Below are positions 36,087-48,504 of a stretch of 64,000 nucleotides of DNA, one piece after another. How positions within the stretch are numbered: the first letter of the stretch is position 1; the number at the start of each line of letters is the position of its first letter. The notes below the pieces were generated by a model that made no database searches, was not told the DNA's origin, and saw nothing but the letters and a program-made list of their open reading frames with translations. The DNA comes from Podarcis filfolensis (lineage: Eukaryota): the NCBI GenBank assembly GCA_964270895.1, contig OZ185440.1, one strand, 5' to 3'. The position numbers and the translations under genes are program-made.

Positions 36087-38985
36087 TGGTGGGAGGAAAA
36101 AATCCTTAAATAAGAGACACGGGGGAATGATTAATGGACTTCAATGTCTGTACACTAATGCGCAAAGCATGGGAAATAAACAAGATGAGCTTGAGCTCTT
36201 GGTACAGCAAACTAAATATGACATAATAGGCATCACTGAAACCTGGTGGGATAAGTCCCACGATTGGAATGTAATAATGGAAGGATACAATCTATTTCAG
36301 AGAAACAGACCAGACAAGAAAGGAGGAGGAGTGGAGTTATATGTCAGGGATGTGTATACCTGTGAAGAGATCCAAGATTTAGAACCTCAAAGCCAAAGTG
36401 AGAGCATTTGGGTCAAAATTAAGGGAGAGAAGAATAACAGTGACCTCATTGTGGGAGTTTACTATAGATCCCCAAGCCAAACGGAGGACATAGATGATGC
36501 CTTCCTGGAACAGATGGCCAAGCATGCAAAACGAAGGGAGATAGTAGTAATGGGGGACTTCAATTACCCGGATATTTGTTGGATGTCAAACTCAGCCAAG
36601 AGCATAAGGTCAAACAGATTCCTCACTGGCCTTGCAGACAACTTCATTGTCCAGAAAGTGGGAGAAGCAACAAGAGGAACAGCCATTTTAGATCTGGTCC
36701 TAACCAATGTTGATGACCTGGTTAGTGGGGTAGAAGTGGAAGGATCATTAGGCGCGAGTGATCATGCTCTTCTGAAGTTTACTATACAGCGGAAAGGAGC
36801 AGCCAAGCATACTAGGACACAATTTCTCGACTTTAAGAAAGCCGACTTCATAAAACTTAGGGAAGTGCTGGGTGAGATCCCATGGGCAGTAATACTAAAA
36901 GGAAAGGGAGTTCATGATGGCTGGGAGTTTGTTAAGAGGGAGATAGTAAAAGCACAACTTCAGGCAATACCAATGAGACGGAAACATGGAAGGTGCCTAA
37001 AGAAGCCAGGGTGGCTATCTAAAGAACTTTTAACTGAGTTAAGATTAAAAAAGGATGTGTACAAAAAATGGAAAAGGGGGGAAACCACCAAAGAGGAATT
37101 CAAACAAATAGCCAGCACGTGTAGACACAAAGTCAGAAAAGCTAAAGCACAGAATGAACTCAGGCTTGCTAGAGAGGTTAAAAGAAACAAAAAAGGCTTT
37201 TATGGGTATGTTCGTAGCAAAAGGAAGAACAAAGAAACAGTGGGGTCACTCAGAGGAGAAGATGGTGAAATGCAAACAGGGGACACAGAAAGGGCTGAAC
37301 TCCTCAATGCCTCCTCAGTCTTCTCCGATAAAGAAAACAATGCCCGACCTGAAGAATTTGGAGCAAATGATTCAGCAGAGGAAACACAGCCCAGAATAAC
37401 TAAGGAGATAGTACAAGAATATTTGGCTAGTCTTAGATGTATTCAAGTCTCCAGGGCCAGATGAACTGCATCCAAGAGTATTAAAAGAACTGGCAGATGT
37501 GATCTCAGAACCACTGGCAGTCATCTTTGAGAATTCCTGGAGAACAGGCGAAGTCCCGGCAGACTGGAGGAGGGCAAATGTTGTCCCTATTTTCAAAAAG
37601 GGGAAAAGAGAGGACCCAAATAATTACCGCCCAGTCAGTCTGACATCAATACCAGGGAAGATTCTGGAGCAGATCATTAAGCAAACAGTCTGTGAGCACC
37701 TAGAAAGGAATGCTGTGATCACCAATAGTCAGCATGGATTTCTGAAAAATAAGTCATGTCAGACGAACCTGATCTCGTTTTTTGACAGAATTACAAGCCT
37801 GGTAGATGAAGGGAACGCAGTGGATGTAGCCTACCTTGATTTCAGCAAGGCATTTGACAAGGTGCCCCATGATATTCTTGTAAAGAAGCTGGTAAAATGC
37901 GGTCTTGACTATGCTACCACTCAGTGGATTTGTAACTGGCTGACTGACCGAACCCAAAGGGTGCTCATCAATGGTTCCTCTTCATCCTGGAGAAGAGTGA
38001 CTAGTGGGGTGCCACAGGGTTCTGTCTTGGGCCCGGTCTTATTCAACATCTTTATCAACAACTTGGATGATGGACTCAAGGGCATCCTGATCAAATTTGC
38101 AGATGACACCAAACTGGGAGGGGTGGCTAACACCCCAGAGGACAGGATCACACTTCAAAACGACCTTGACAGATTAGAGAACTGGGCCAAAACAAACAAG
38201 ATGAATTTTAACAGGGAGAAATGTAAAGTATTGCACTTGGGCAAAAAAAATGAGAGGCACAAATACAAGATGGTGACACCTGGCTTGAGAGCAGTACATG
38301 TGAAAAGGATCTAGGAGTCTTGGTTGACCACAAACTTGACATGAGCCAACAGTGTGACGCGGCAGCTAAAAAAGCCAATGCAATTCTGGGCTGCATCAAT
38401 AGGAGTATAGCATCTAGATCAAGGGAAGTAATAGTGCCACTGTATTCTGCTCTGGTCAGACCTCACCTGGAGTACTGTGTCCAGTTCTGGGCACCACAGT
38501 TCAAGAAGGACACTGACAAACTGGAACGTGTCCAGAGGAGGGCAACCAAAATGGTCAAAGGCCTGGAAACGATGCCTTATGAGGAACGGCTAAGGGAGCT
38601 GGGCATGTTTTGCCTGGAGAAGAGGAGGTTAAGGGGTGATATGATAGCCATGTTCAAATATATAAAAGGATGTCACATAGAGGAGGGAGAAAGGTTGTTT
38701 TCTGCTGCTCCAGAGAAGCGGACACGGAGCAATGGTTCCAAACTACAAGAAAGAAGATTCCACCTAAACATTAGGAAGAACTTCCTGACAGTAAGAGCTG
38801 TTCGACAGTGGAATTTGCTGCCAAGGAGTGTGGTGGAGTCTCCTTCTTTGGAGGTCTTTAAGCAGAGGCTTGACAACCATATGTCAGGAGTGCTCTGATG
38901 GTATTCCTGCTTGGCAGGGGGTTGGACTCGATGGCCCTTGTGGTCTCTTCCAACTCTATAATTCTATGATTCTATGATTCTATGA
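36087..38985 (+). mobile_element. Young CR1 LINE with near-complete ORF2 (APE endonuclease and RT), ORF1 missing
   Basis: CLYTNAQSMGNKQDELE, GITETWW, GVYYRSP, MGDFNYPDI, SDH (endonuclease); NYRPVSLTSIPGK, YLDFSKAFDKVPH, GVPQGSVLGP, KFADDTKL (RT); (ATTCTATG)n tail. Confidence 0.97.
36127..38898 (+). pseudogene. CR1 ORF2 with two compensating single-base frameshifts
   Basis: ORF pieces 36127-37464, 37499-38314 and 38320-38898; +1 T at 37433-37434 and -1 G at 38272-38273 restore a continuous frame. Confidence 0.85.
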
Positions 38986-40379
38986 AAAGAACGCACAAAG
39001 TTAGATTTTGATGCCTGAAATCAAAACTTTAAGAGACTTAATTTTTAACATGACAATTCACAAGATTATTCAAAATGTTTTGAACGCTAAAACATTTTCT
39101 GTTGTGTTTGGGAAAGATAATCAAAGATAGTAGTATTACTGAATTTTGCAACTTAAAATAAATTTAGGAGGTTCAAGTTTTGTGATTTTCATTTTTCCTA
39201 CAAGACCTCTGTTTTCGAAAATTGAAATTAGAAACCTGCGTGAACGAGTGCCAGTAGTTGGTCTTGCATAGGGCGGAAAATAGCGTGGCACCAGCACTGC
39301 TTCTAGATGCTGTTGGACACCAACCCCCATAAGCCCCAGGCTGCATGGTCAGTGGCCAGAGGTGATGGGAGTTGTCAGCAGCAACATCTGGAGGGCACCA
39401 CATTGCCTACCCTGGTCCAGAATCTTGAAATCTCCTCTGGGCAGGATTCTGCTTGCTCTGTGTCCTCAACTAGGCTGGACTCCTGCACAGACTGACAGTG
39501 CTATTCCCTCCTGTTCTCTCCAGCATAGCTTGGCCAGGAGCAGACCTAGGGCTGTGTGAGGAGTGCTGGGAATGCACTGGGCACTGAGCCAAGGGGGTGC
39601 CGCCTCAAAGCTGGGTAAGCAAAGTGCCAGGCTTTGGGAAGGTGGTGTGAGGCTCTCACAGGGTCCTAGAGTCCTCCCATCCAAATCCTAGTTGGTGCTT
39701 TAGGAAGGAAGTGGGAGGGCTTTAGGATCCTGTCAGTGCCCCTCATACCACCTTCCCAAAGCTGGTTGCCCCCTTACCTGGCTTTGGGAGGGCAGTGCAA
39801 GGGCTGTGGGGGCCACCAGATTTTGGCCTCACACAAGGCACCATGATACCCATGTCCACTACTTGCTTGGCCACCATTTTCTCCAAATCTGGACAGGGCG
39901 TGGACCTGTTTGCTCTGTGCTTGGAAACGGTTGTCAGGGCCAGCCCTCCTTGGGCATCAGCGTCTTCAGGGCCAGGGGCTGTAGATCTTTATTCCCCCTT
40001 GTTCCTGATTTAGATCTTCACTTGCCCCCTTCTTTCCTGGCAGGGATGGGGACGCCATTTCATGGTTCACCTCAGGTGCCAAAATGTCTTGAGCCAACCC
40101 TGGCTTCCAATATAGTAGAAATAGGGGGTGTGAAATGGCATGTTCCTTGGAAGAAGCAAAGGGGGAAGACCCTCCTCCACCACCTCCCTCTTGGGCCACT
40201 TGCACCCCTAGATAAGGAACCCACAGGAGGGGGTGCTGGGTTCCTTCTTTCCTCATAGCCTCGCCCCAGGCATCCAGGGGAAGGGCAGTGAAGACAAATA
40301 AGTCAGGCACACCGTCTCCATCACTTTCCCCCTTCCTTTCCCCGCCTCTCTAAACAGATCAAATTATAACCTGAAATCA

Positions 40380-40790
40380 CCGAATGCATATTTTATTATG
40401 TGGGTAATTTAAAGGATGAGGGCGAGTTGGGGAATTCATAAACTGCAGTCATATCAGAAGACAAAGTATCGCCATTAATCTCTTAAAGAAGAAATGGAAG
40501 GAAAGAGAGGGAGGGGAGAAAGAGGGCCAGTAGTAGATGTTCCCCTCCCCTCCTCTCCCCCACCCATTGCAGGCTCCTGGGGCAGGCTTATAAACAAGCC
40601 AGGCCACAGCTCCAAATAAGCTTCATTTGCATTGTAGATTTATCTCTGCAGTTTCTCTCTCCCCCCCCCTTTCTTGCCAGCATGCAATTGTGTAAATAAC
40701 AGGCATTGTTCTCCCAACTTGTTTATGCAAATGACTTCTGCATATTTGTCATTCCTGAAGCCCATCTGAGTCCATCCCCAGGAAGGAAGT
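40380..40790. promoter_or_regulatory. Candidate neural enhancer (octamer/Sox/forkhead cluster)
   Basis: Repeat-free; ATTTGCAT at 40625-40632, ATGCAAAT at 40725-40732, CATTGTT at 40704-40710, GTAAATA at 40692-40698. Motif evidence only. Confidence 0.4.
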
Positions 40791-41244
40791 GCAGCCTTCA
40801 GCTCCAACAGCCTGGCTGAGTTAGGCCTGCCAGCTCTGGTGCAGGGGGGTGGGGTGGGGGTGTCAAGTGGCTCTATTGGCAGGCAATGTGCAGCTTCTTC
40901 AGGATTTCTCCACTCGAGGCTGGAGTGGTGTGAAGTTGGGTCAGGTGCCTGAATTGCTCCCCTATGGTGAGGAGGGGTGCAAGGAGTTCATTTCAATGGG
41001 ATACTAATTTCCCCAGAATCTCATAGAATAGCAACAATAAAAATCAGTAATTTGGAAAGAGAGACACAACAAGCAGTTTCTTCTGAAGGCAAACATGTGC
41101 TGGAATTCCATGCCCCCGGGCAGCAAGGCTAGAGAAGCAGTAGCATAGCTGGGGGGCACCCACTTTTGGGAGTGGCATGCACCCTAGAGCTCAGCACATC
41201 ACTCCCCAAAGCAGCATGGCCTGGCGCTGAGCTGCCATGTCCCA

Positions 41245-41892
41245 CCCCCCACCCCAGCCAGTTCTGGTGCAAAGAATTGGTCTGACCAGGGCAGAATAGA
41301 GTGGTACTATTACTACCCTTGATCTGGACACTAGACTTCTGTTGATGCAGCCTAGAATAGTGTTAGCTTTCTTTTGCTGCTGCATCACATTGTTGACTCA
41401 CGTTATGCTTGTGGTCCACCAAGACCCCTAGACCCTTTTGGCATGTACTGCTAGTAAGCCAGGTGTTCCCCATCTTGTTTTTCCTGCCTAAGTGCAAAAC
41501 CTTACATTTGTCCCTACTGAAATTCATTTTATTAGCTTGTGCCCAGTTCTCTAATCTGTTATTATCATCTTGAATCCCAATTCTGTCTTCTGTTGCATTA
41601 GCTACCCTTTCCAGTTTGGTGTCATCTGCAAATCTGATAGCATCCCCTCAAATCCTTCACCCAAGTCATTTATAAATATTTTGAACAGCAACGGGCACAG
41701 GACAGAATCCCTTGGGATCCCACTTGTCACTTTTCTCCAGGATGATCAGGAACCATTAAGGAGTACTCTTTGGCTTCAGTCTGCCCAGCAGCTACAAACC
41801 CACCTAACAGTTAGCTTGTTCAACCCACATTTTACCAGCTTAGAATATCATGGGGGACTTTGTCAAAAGCCTTACTGAAATCAAGATACACT
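41245..41892 (-). mobile_element. Older CR1 RT fragment
   Basis: Reverse complement of CR1 RT motifs ([67 protein letters not shown]). Confidence 0.88.
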
Positions 41893-41921
41893 ATAGGTGA
41901 CAATTGCAGGTGAAAGATTGG

Positions 41922-42050
41922 AATGGGCATAGCCAGGATTTTTGCTGGGGGGGTAGGCCTTTTGTTAAGGGGGGACCTCAGTTTGCCATTTTTAAATTTT
42001 TATTTATAGGGGGGGCAGCTGCTCCTCCCTACCCCCCCTCTACACCCATG
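41922..42050. mobile_element. hAT-like MITE, degenerate
   Basis: Ends AATGGGCATAGCC ... CTACACCCATG are imperfect TIRs; a related fragment lies at ~6651-6780. Confidence 0.5.
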
Positions 42051-43703
42051 GAGTGCTGTTGCACAGGGGAAAACAGAGAAACTTGGTGTGCAGAAAGGGC
42101 TTGGATGACGATCTGTTTTGACCAGCTTGAGAGACCGCAGGGTGCTGAACACACTCCAAAGGAACTGGCCTGCAGTGGAGCCAACTGGCAGTGAGACACG
42201 GCCATTGGGAGAGAGCAGAATTCCCAGGCAACAGTCTGGACTCAGCTGCTGCAAGACAATGACGCTCTCAGAGACCCCAAGCTTTGGACGGCTGGGGATT
42301 GGCAGTGGAGGATATTTGGGGCACTCCCTCAAAAAGCTAGAGTCTCTTGCCTTAGGGGCTACATGTGCAGTCTTGGCCTAGCTATGGCTGCTCAGAAGCA
42401 AGTCCCACAGAGTTTTGTGCCCTTACCTCATTTCAGGCCTCCTTTTTCCAGATTTCATTCCTCTGCTCCTGTCATTCTTTGGGCTTCGTTCTTTCGAACA
42501 GGAGACTCTTTTATTGTTCTCTCTTCACTCAATACCTTAATTCTCCTACTCTGACAATATAGTTCCATTTTTTATGTGTACCCCCCCATTCCAGGGAGGG
42601 TCCAGGTCAGCAATTTGTTATGGTTTTGATGCTGCTCTTACATGCAAGGGTTTGGGTTTGGGTTTTTGTTTTTTGCAATGTCTGCATTACGACTTCCTCT
42701 TCCTCAAAACATCATCCCATCCCACCCCCATTTTAATCCAGATTTACCATTTCCATTGTTCCCCCCAGCTTGCCTGGACATGCCAGTTCTGTGGATTTCC
42801 TCTGCCTTTTTCTCATTTCCGTGCCTAGTCTTCTGTTGCCTCCTTTCTCCAGAGGACTCTGTTCATTGAAAACTGCTAAACTTAAAATGCGTTTGTTTCC
42901 AGTAGCATACGCTGGACTTTACTATCAATCCCCTCCCATATTTTAAGCTTTTCCCCTTTTCTTTTTTACATGATTAGACAGCAAGGCTTCAGGCAGGACC
43001 ATTAAAAAAAAACAGTTTTGTATTAATTTGTTTCAACATGCCCCGCCCCCTGATAGCTCCAGATCACTCCAGATGGTCCAAGGCCAGGGTGATTTGGAAG
43101 AGAGTGAAAGGCCAGCCCACTCATGAGCCAAGGTGACATGACTGCCTCAGGCGGCAGGATCCACAGGGGCAGCAGACCCAAACTCCAGGGAATGCATACA
43201 TTGCCTGCTTTGGAGCGAGGCTATTACCCCTCTATTATTATCTCTATCAGATCACTCAGCCAGTGCTACTGTCTCTTTTCTTCTGGCAGATCAAGATAAC
43301 CAGGTGACAGCAAAAACCGCAAACAAAATTAGCAGGAGCAATGTGGATAAAATCTATTATTTGATTACATTTCTAACATTGCTCTGCTTCTTCTTCTTTT
43401 AATCAAAAGAAAGCCTATTGTCTCGCATGTTTTATCTGTGGCTAAAGGATCATGTAACAATTCTGTCATTTGTGTTGATGTAAACCTCCAGGATGTATTT
43501 TTTCCAGCGCTATCCCCAGTCTATTTTATCTCATTTGCTATGGCTAGTGGCTCATGCAAGTCAAGTTTCTGTCTGTCTATCTGTTGCCTCCTCCTCCTGT
43601 TGTTGCTGCTGCTGCCGCTGCCTTGCTGGCTGTGAAGCAGTCCTTGGAGACTGAATCTGCCTCCTCTGCATCAGCCTCTCAGTGAATAACAAGCACTGCT
43701 AGT

Positions 43704-43850
43704 CAGTGGCGTAGCGTGGGTTGTCAGCACCCGGGGCAAGGCAAGTAATTTGCGCCCCCTAACCCGTGGATTTGCGCCCCCTAACCCTAACCCCCAGATG
43801 TTGCGCCCGGTGCGGCCAGCCCCCCCTGCACCCCCCACGCTACGCCACTG
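43704..43850. mobile_element. Young 147-bp hAT MITE
   Basis: Perfect 17-bp TIR CAGTGGCGTAGCGTGGG / CCCACGCTACGCCACTG; perfect 8-bp TSD CTGCTAGT (43696-43703, 43851-43858). Confidence 0.93.
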
Positions 43851-44104
43851 CTGCTAGTCTCTTCCCAACCCTAGGGTGGGAATGCAGGGCGCTGCCCTCT
43901 GGGGTCTCCTGGGCTCTGCCCCCACCCAGCATGGTTCAGAGGGGGCCTTTGATTCCTGCTTCAACAGTGATTTGATCCCCCCACTGGATTCCTGATGTGG
44001 ATCTTCACTCACCGCCTTGGTGGGGGGTGTTTTATGATTTGTTCCAGGTGCCAAAATGTTATCCCCAGTGGATTTTCAGATGAAGGCTTCTTTGTTTTAC
44101 ACAG

Positions 44105-44120
44105 GTGTGTGTGTGTGTGT

Positions 44121-44175
<55 letters not shown>
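44105..44175 (+). repeat. Compound (GT)n(GA)n microsatellite
   Basis: Direct reading. Confidence 0.95.
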
Positions 44176-44180
<5 letters not shown>

Positions 44181-44689
44181 TATTTGTTCCCTGAAATCTT
44201 AAAGCTAGTACCTGGGTTCTGCTTCCCATCTCTAGCTCCATATTTTATTTTATTTTTTACAAAATCCTTATGCTGATGAAACCTCTCAGTTTGCATACTT
44301 CATTGACTTTAAATAATAAAATAACTCTTGGCATATCCATAGTGCTTTAGAGTATTCAAAGCACTTTATGTAATTTGTCAGTAATTCTTACAACCATTAT
44401 GTAAAAAGTAAGTCATTTTTATCTCCATATCATAAACTGGGTTGGGAGGTGGCTGAGCAACAGTGTCCTGCTGAAGCTGCCGAGGTTCATGGTAGAGGCA
44501 TTGCAGGAAGTTGGGCTAAGTGACCCGCAGGGTTGCATCCAACTCTATCATTCTATGATCCCATGATCCAGGGAGCTATCAAACTACTGCAGGGTTTATA
44601 GAGGCCTCTGTGGGCAACATCCTCTTCTGTCTGGTGGCTCAAGCCTTCAGAGGGCTGTCTTTGTAAAGGCGGTGAGCGGAGCCAGCACA

Positions 44690-45099
44690 ATCTCCATTTA
44701 GCCCAAAAGGGTACCGGTTGAGAGGCACTAGCTGTATTGCTCTTAACCATCTTGGCTGGGGGCACTGGTGGAGGAAGAGGAGTGCGGGGGGAACGCACCG
44801 CCCCCCGCAGTGCGATCCTGGTGGGGTGCCATTGCGGCTGCCCCCCCGCCTGTGCTGGGTGTCACACCCCCACAGGCGGCGTGCCACACCCCCTGGACGC
44901 ATGCCATGCCCCTGCAGGGGTGTGCCACACCCCCAGGACACGCATCATGCCCCTGCAGCCCCACCCGCCGCCTGCTCTTTGCCCTCCCCTGGTGCCAGAG
45001 CATGAAGATGAGGCCCTGGCTGACTCCAGCTCCAGAAACCAGGATGGCTTCCCTAAGTCCAGGACTATCCCTGGAAAATAGGGACACTTGGAGGGTCTG
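44690..45099. mobile_element. GC-rich DNA-transposon-like remnant with internal tandem duplications
   Basis: Right end GGGACACTTGGAGGGTCTG resembles a hAT MITE TIR; internal repeats GTGCCACACCCC and ACGCAT(GC)CATGCCCCTGCAG x2; left boundary unclear. Confidence 0.4.
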
Positions 45100-46118
45100 T
45101 GAGCTTCCCCAGCCACCACCTGCCACCTGCCATGAACCACCATTGGCAAGACTGGCAGCAACAGCAGCGGGTATGGTCTGTGCTTATGGTAATATTGTAT
45201 TTATTTATTTAGTTTTTTCACGGGTCTGATTGACACTCCTGGAGCCTAGCTCAGCCAGCTGGCATCATGCAAACTAAAAACCATAATTCCCTTCTTCAGT
45301 TGCATCTTCCTGAAGACTTCTTAGAGACCCCTTCTCTTCGGTGACTTCAGCCATCCTGAAATAACCGACTTCTTGTTAGCAAGATTTTTGCTTGCTTTCA
45401 AGTGCAAACAGCAGACACCCAGCCAATGTCAGCTTGAGACTTCGCTGAGCAGCTAATTTCGCCTGATTCTGATGCATCAAGGATGCCTGCTTTCCCTGGC
45501 TCACGGCAGCATACATTTCCACAATTATGATGATATAGGCCTACGAATAGATGTTTGCTTTGTTCACAGCACTCTCTCTGACTGTACTCTGAATGCATAA
45601 AAATGCAGGACTTGACTATTCATCATACTCCATACCTGCTAAAGAGGCTTTTATCGCCAACGCTTAGACTCCCGCAGTGGGCACATGCTGCTGTCAGTAT
45701 CAATACTACAGCTACAAACCCATCAGGCTTTGCATAGCTAGAAAAGGCTCTTTCCCAGTTAAGCCTCATGCTTGGAGTAGGTGTGGACCCAGGGTCTTGT
45801 ACCTGCGACCACCACTGCTGGGTCTCCACTGCTTGTTGCAGTTGGTGGGACGACCTGGCAGGGACTTATTTGTGGTGGTACCAAAGCCCTAGAACTCCCT
45901 TCCCCCACAAAGCACCCCTCTTCTCAAACTGTTTGCAAGCATGTTTTTAATGTTTAAAGGTTTTGTGTTTTATATTTATAGTTCTTGGCTGCTGTCTTAC
46001 TAACAGTCTTGCTGCTGTTTCTATTGTGTCATTTAATGGGCTGTAAACTGCTTTAAGCTGCTTTGAGGATCACATGGTATATAAGCGCCATATTAAATGA
46101 ATACAATGCCTCCAGCCT

Positions 46119-46545
46119 GTCAGTGTGGTGTAGTTGTTAGGAGCAGTGGACTCGTAATCTGGTGAACCGGGTTCGATTCCCCGCTCCTCCACATGCAGCT
46201 GCTGGGTGACCTTGGGCCAGTCACACTTCTCTGAAGTCTCTCAGCCTCACCTCACAGGGTGTTTGTTGTGGGGGAGGAAGGGAAAGGAGATTGTTAGCCA
46301 CTTTGAGACTCCTTAGGGTAGTGACGACAGAGGATGAGATGGTTGGACAGTGTTCTCGAAGCTACCTGCATGAGTTTGACCAAACTGCGGGAGGCAGTGG
46401 AAGACAGGAGTGCCTGGCGTGCTCAGCTCCATGGGGTCATGAAGAGTCGGACACGACTAAACGACTAAACAACAACAACAACAACAACAGGGTAGTGATA
46501 AAGTGGGATATCAAATCCAAACTCCTCTTCTCCTTCTTCTGTCAT
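46119..46545 (+). mobile_element. tRNA/CORE-derived SINE (Squam3-like), split by a Bov-B fragment
   Basis: GTGTGGTGTAGTTGTTAG (A box-like), GGTTCGATTCCC (B box), GTGACCTTGGGCCAGTCAC core, (CTT)-type tail. Confidence 0.8.
46325..46488 (+). mobile_element. Short Bov-B (RTE) 3' fragment
   Basis: GAGTCGGACACGACTAAACGACTAAAC(AAC)n end; 10-bp TSD AGGGTAGTGA (46315-46324, 46489-46498). Confidence 0.92.
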
Positions 46546-47495
46546 AGTACGGATACCTGTTCAATAGTTTGGGATTAAAGACGGGTGCAAGCACCAACTC
46601 AGTCTGATCTAGAATTAATCAGGGTAAATTAAATTAATTGCCTACATGTGGGCTGCATGTCTGGAAATCAATCCTGAGGTCTAAAATAATTCTGAAAGCC
46701 TGGGAGCTCCCAAATGTGGTATAAAAATCCAGTTAAACAGGAGTTTGCTTCTGATTCTACCTCAAAGTGCTAGGGATGACTGCTGATCTAACTGCATCTT
46801 ATCCTTCATATAGATTGGCTTGCTAAAACATGGTCTGGAAAAGAAAGAACATAAACATTGCCTTGTTAAATCAGTTGGGACTAAGGATGTCAGAGAATTT
46901 GACAACAGCAGAAAAGGAAACAGAAATTGCTGCTACCGACATGTTCTGTGAGCAATCAAATAAGGTCAGTAGTTGTTCACACGGTCATTGTTGTTTTTAA
47001 GTCTGCAAATGATATGCAATTAAGGAGGGTTGGGTTGTTGTATGTTTTTCCTTCCAATTTTGACATTTCCTTTACACTGAAATGAATGCAAGTTATGTAA
47101 AGGTACATTAAACAGTAGACAGCAAGACAAGCCTTGCCGTATTTGGCGAAAACCAAACTGCAGCAAAACGAAAACAGTGCTGATTGTAACCAGTGCAGGT
47201 TAGAACTGAAACTGCTGTCTTCTTCCATTCCTGATTAAAATGGAGGTGAGGAACCTGTGGCCTGCCAAATGTCACTGGACTCCAGCTCCTATCACCCCTG
47301 ATAGGATCCTGGCTGAGGATGATGAAAGCAGAAGTCCAGCAATGTCCAGAAGACCACAGGCTCCCAATCACCGAATTAGAAGGTCCATCTAATCTATCCA
47401 TTCATTTCCAAAAGGGAGCTTCCAGGCAGTTATATGCAACCACAGGAATGTCATGAATGTGGAGGCCATCTCTATTGGTCTATAGCTGGGGAGGG

Positions 47496-47798
47496 AAAAA
47501 GAAGTAAAATAAAATAATAGTATGTTAGAATAAATGTCTAAGCTAAGGTAAAGAAATAAGTTAAGGACTTGCTGAACTGACAATTTAAATTGGAATACAA
47601 GAAGGGGAGGTGTGAGGAGGTCGGAGAAATAAGGTTAAGAATAATAAGTATCAGAAACTTTATGTGTTTTTTCTATTTTTTTTCTGTTTAGTTTTGAATA
47701 TTATGTATTTTTGTGTTTTTTGTTTTGTTTATTTGTTGGTTTTTGTTTGTTGTGTGTTTCTTGAAAATGCTAATAAATATTTAATATAAAAAAAAAAA
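47496..47798 (+). mobile_element. L1 3' UTR fragment with poly(A)
   Basis: 15-bp TSD TATAGCTGGGGAGGG (47481-47495, 47799-47813); AATAAA and poly(A); GGAATACAAGAAGGGGAGGTGTGAGG matches the reverse complement of the L1 3' UTR at ~24660-24690. Confidence 0.85.
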
Positions 47799-48504
47799 TA
47801 TAGCTGGGGAGGGGGACTTCCAGGCCACTTGCAAACCTGTGCCTGACATCATGCAGCCCACAGCTCCCTGGACACACTCCTCTGTTCCACAGTCCCACCG
47901 GGACTCTCTTTTCTGCTTTGTGCGTGTTGAGAGGGAGGAAATATGTGGCTGCTACAGGGGAAACTGTGGGGTAGGGGAAGCCTTGCTGTGATTTTGTGGG
48001 GTGGTGGGAGTCTAGTGGGAGAGAAGGAGGGCAGAAGGGAAAAGGAGCTGAGGAGGGCCAAAGTTGATAAAGGAATGGGAGTGGGAGAAAACCTCTGAAA
48101 AACAAGCAATTCAGACCTCTGGTAAGAAGAGAATAAAAATGGAGGACTGAGAGCTGAGAGAGAGTGGTGGGTTGGAAGATGCAGGGCTGCAACTTTCATG
48201 CACGTTTGCCTCCGGCCTGCCCACCCTCCGGTGCTGCCCCAGACTGACGATGGCCCTTCATATGACTAGGGCTCCCCATCCCAGTCTTAAGCACCTGGGA
48301 CCCAAATATATATTATCTCTGTATATGTAAAAACAAATTTGGCTTCTCATGGTTATTGTCCACTGATAGACTCATCTCCCATGCAATTATATCAGCCTTG
48401 AATTTTTTTTACCATGCAGTACTAAATTCTGTTAGGTTGGCTGCTGTAGCAAAACACTTCTCTTTGTCCAGAATCTCAGCATCATTGGATGACCCCGTGT
48501 GCAG

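Larger units (their letters stand above)
34280..39299 (+). mobile_element. Decayed hAT DNA transposon (ZMYM1/Tip100-type transposase pseudogene), interrupted by L1 and CR1
   Basis: TTF zinc-finger region (DPANWP...HGPQQV...WLIYSASKYVYFCFCCKLF, ~34610-34855); DUF4371-like WRELELHLFKGKTID...QNLAFRG...HYLG (~35481-35770); hATC dimerisation motif PNVSVALRILLTL...FSRLKLIK...RLVGLATVSIE (~35880-36080); terminal KVRF* after the CR1 (38998-39011); right end ...GGCACCAGCACTG resembles a hAT TIR. The left TIR was not found. Confidence 0.85.
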
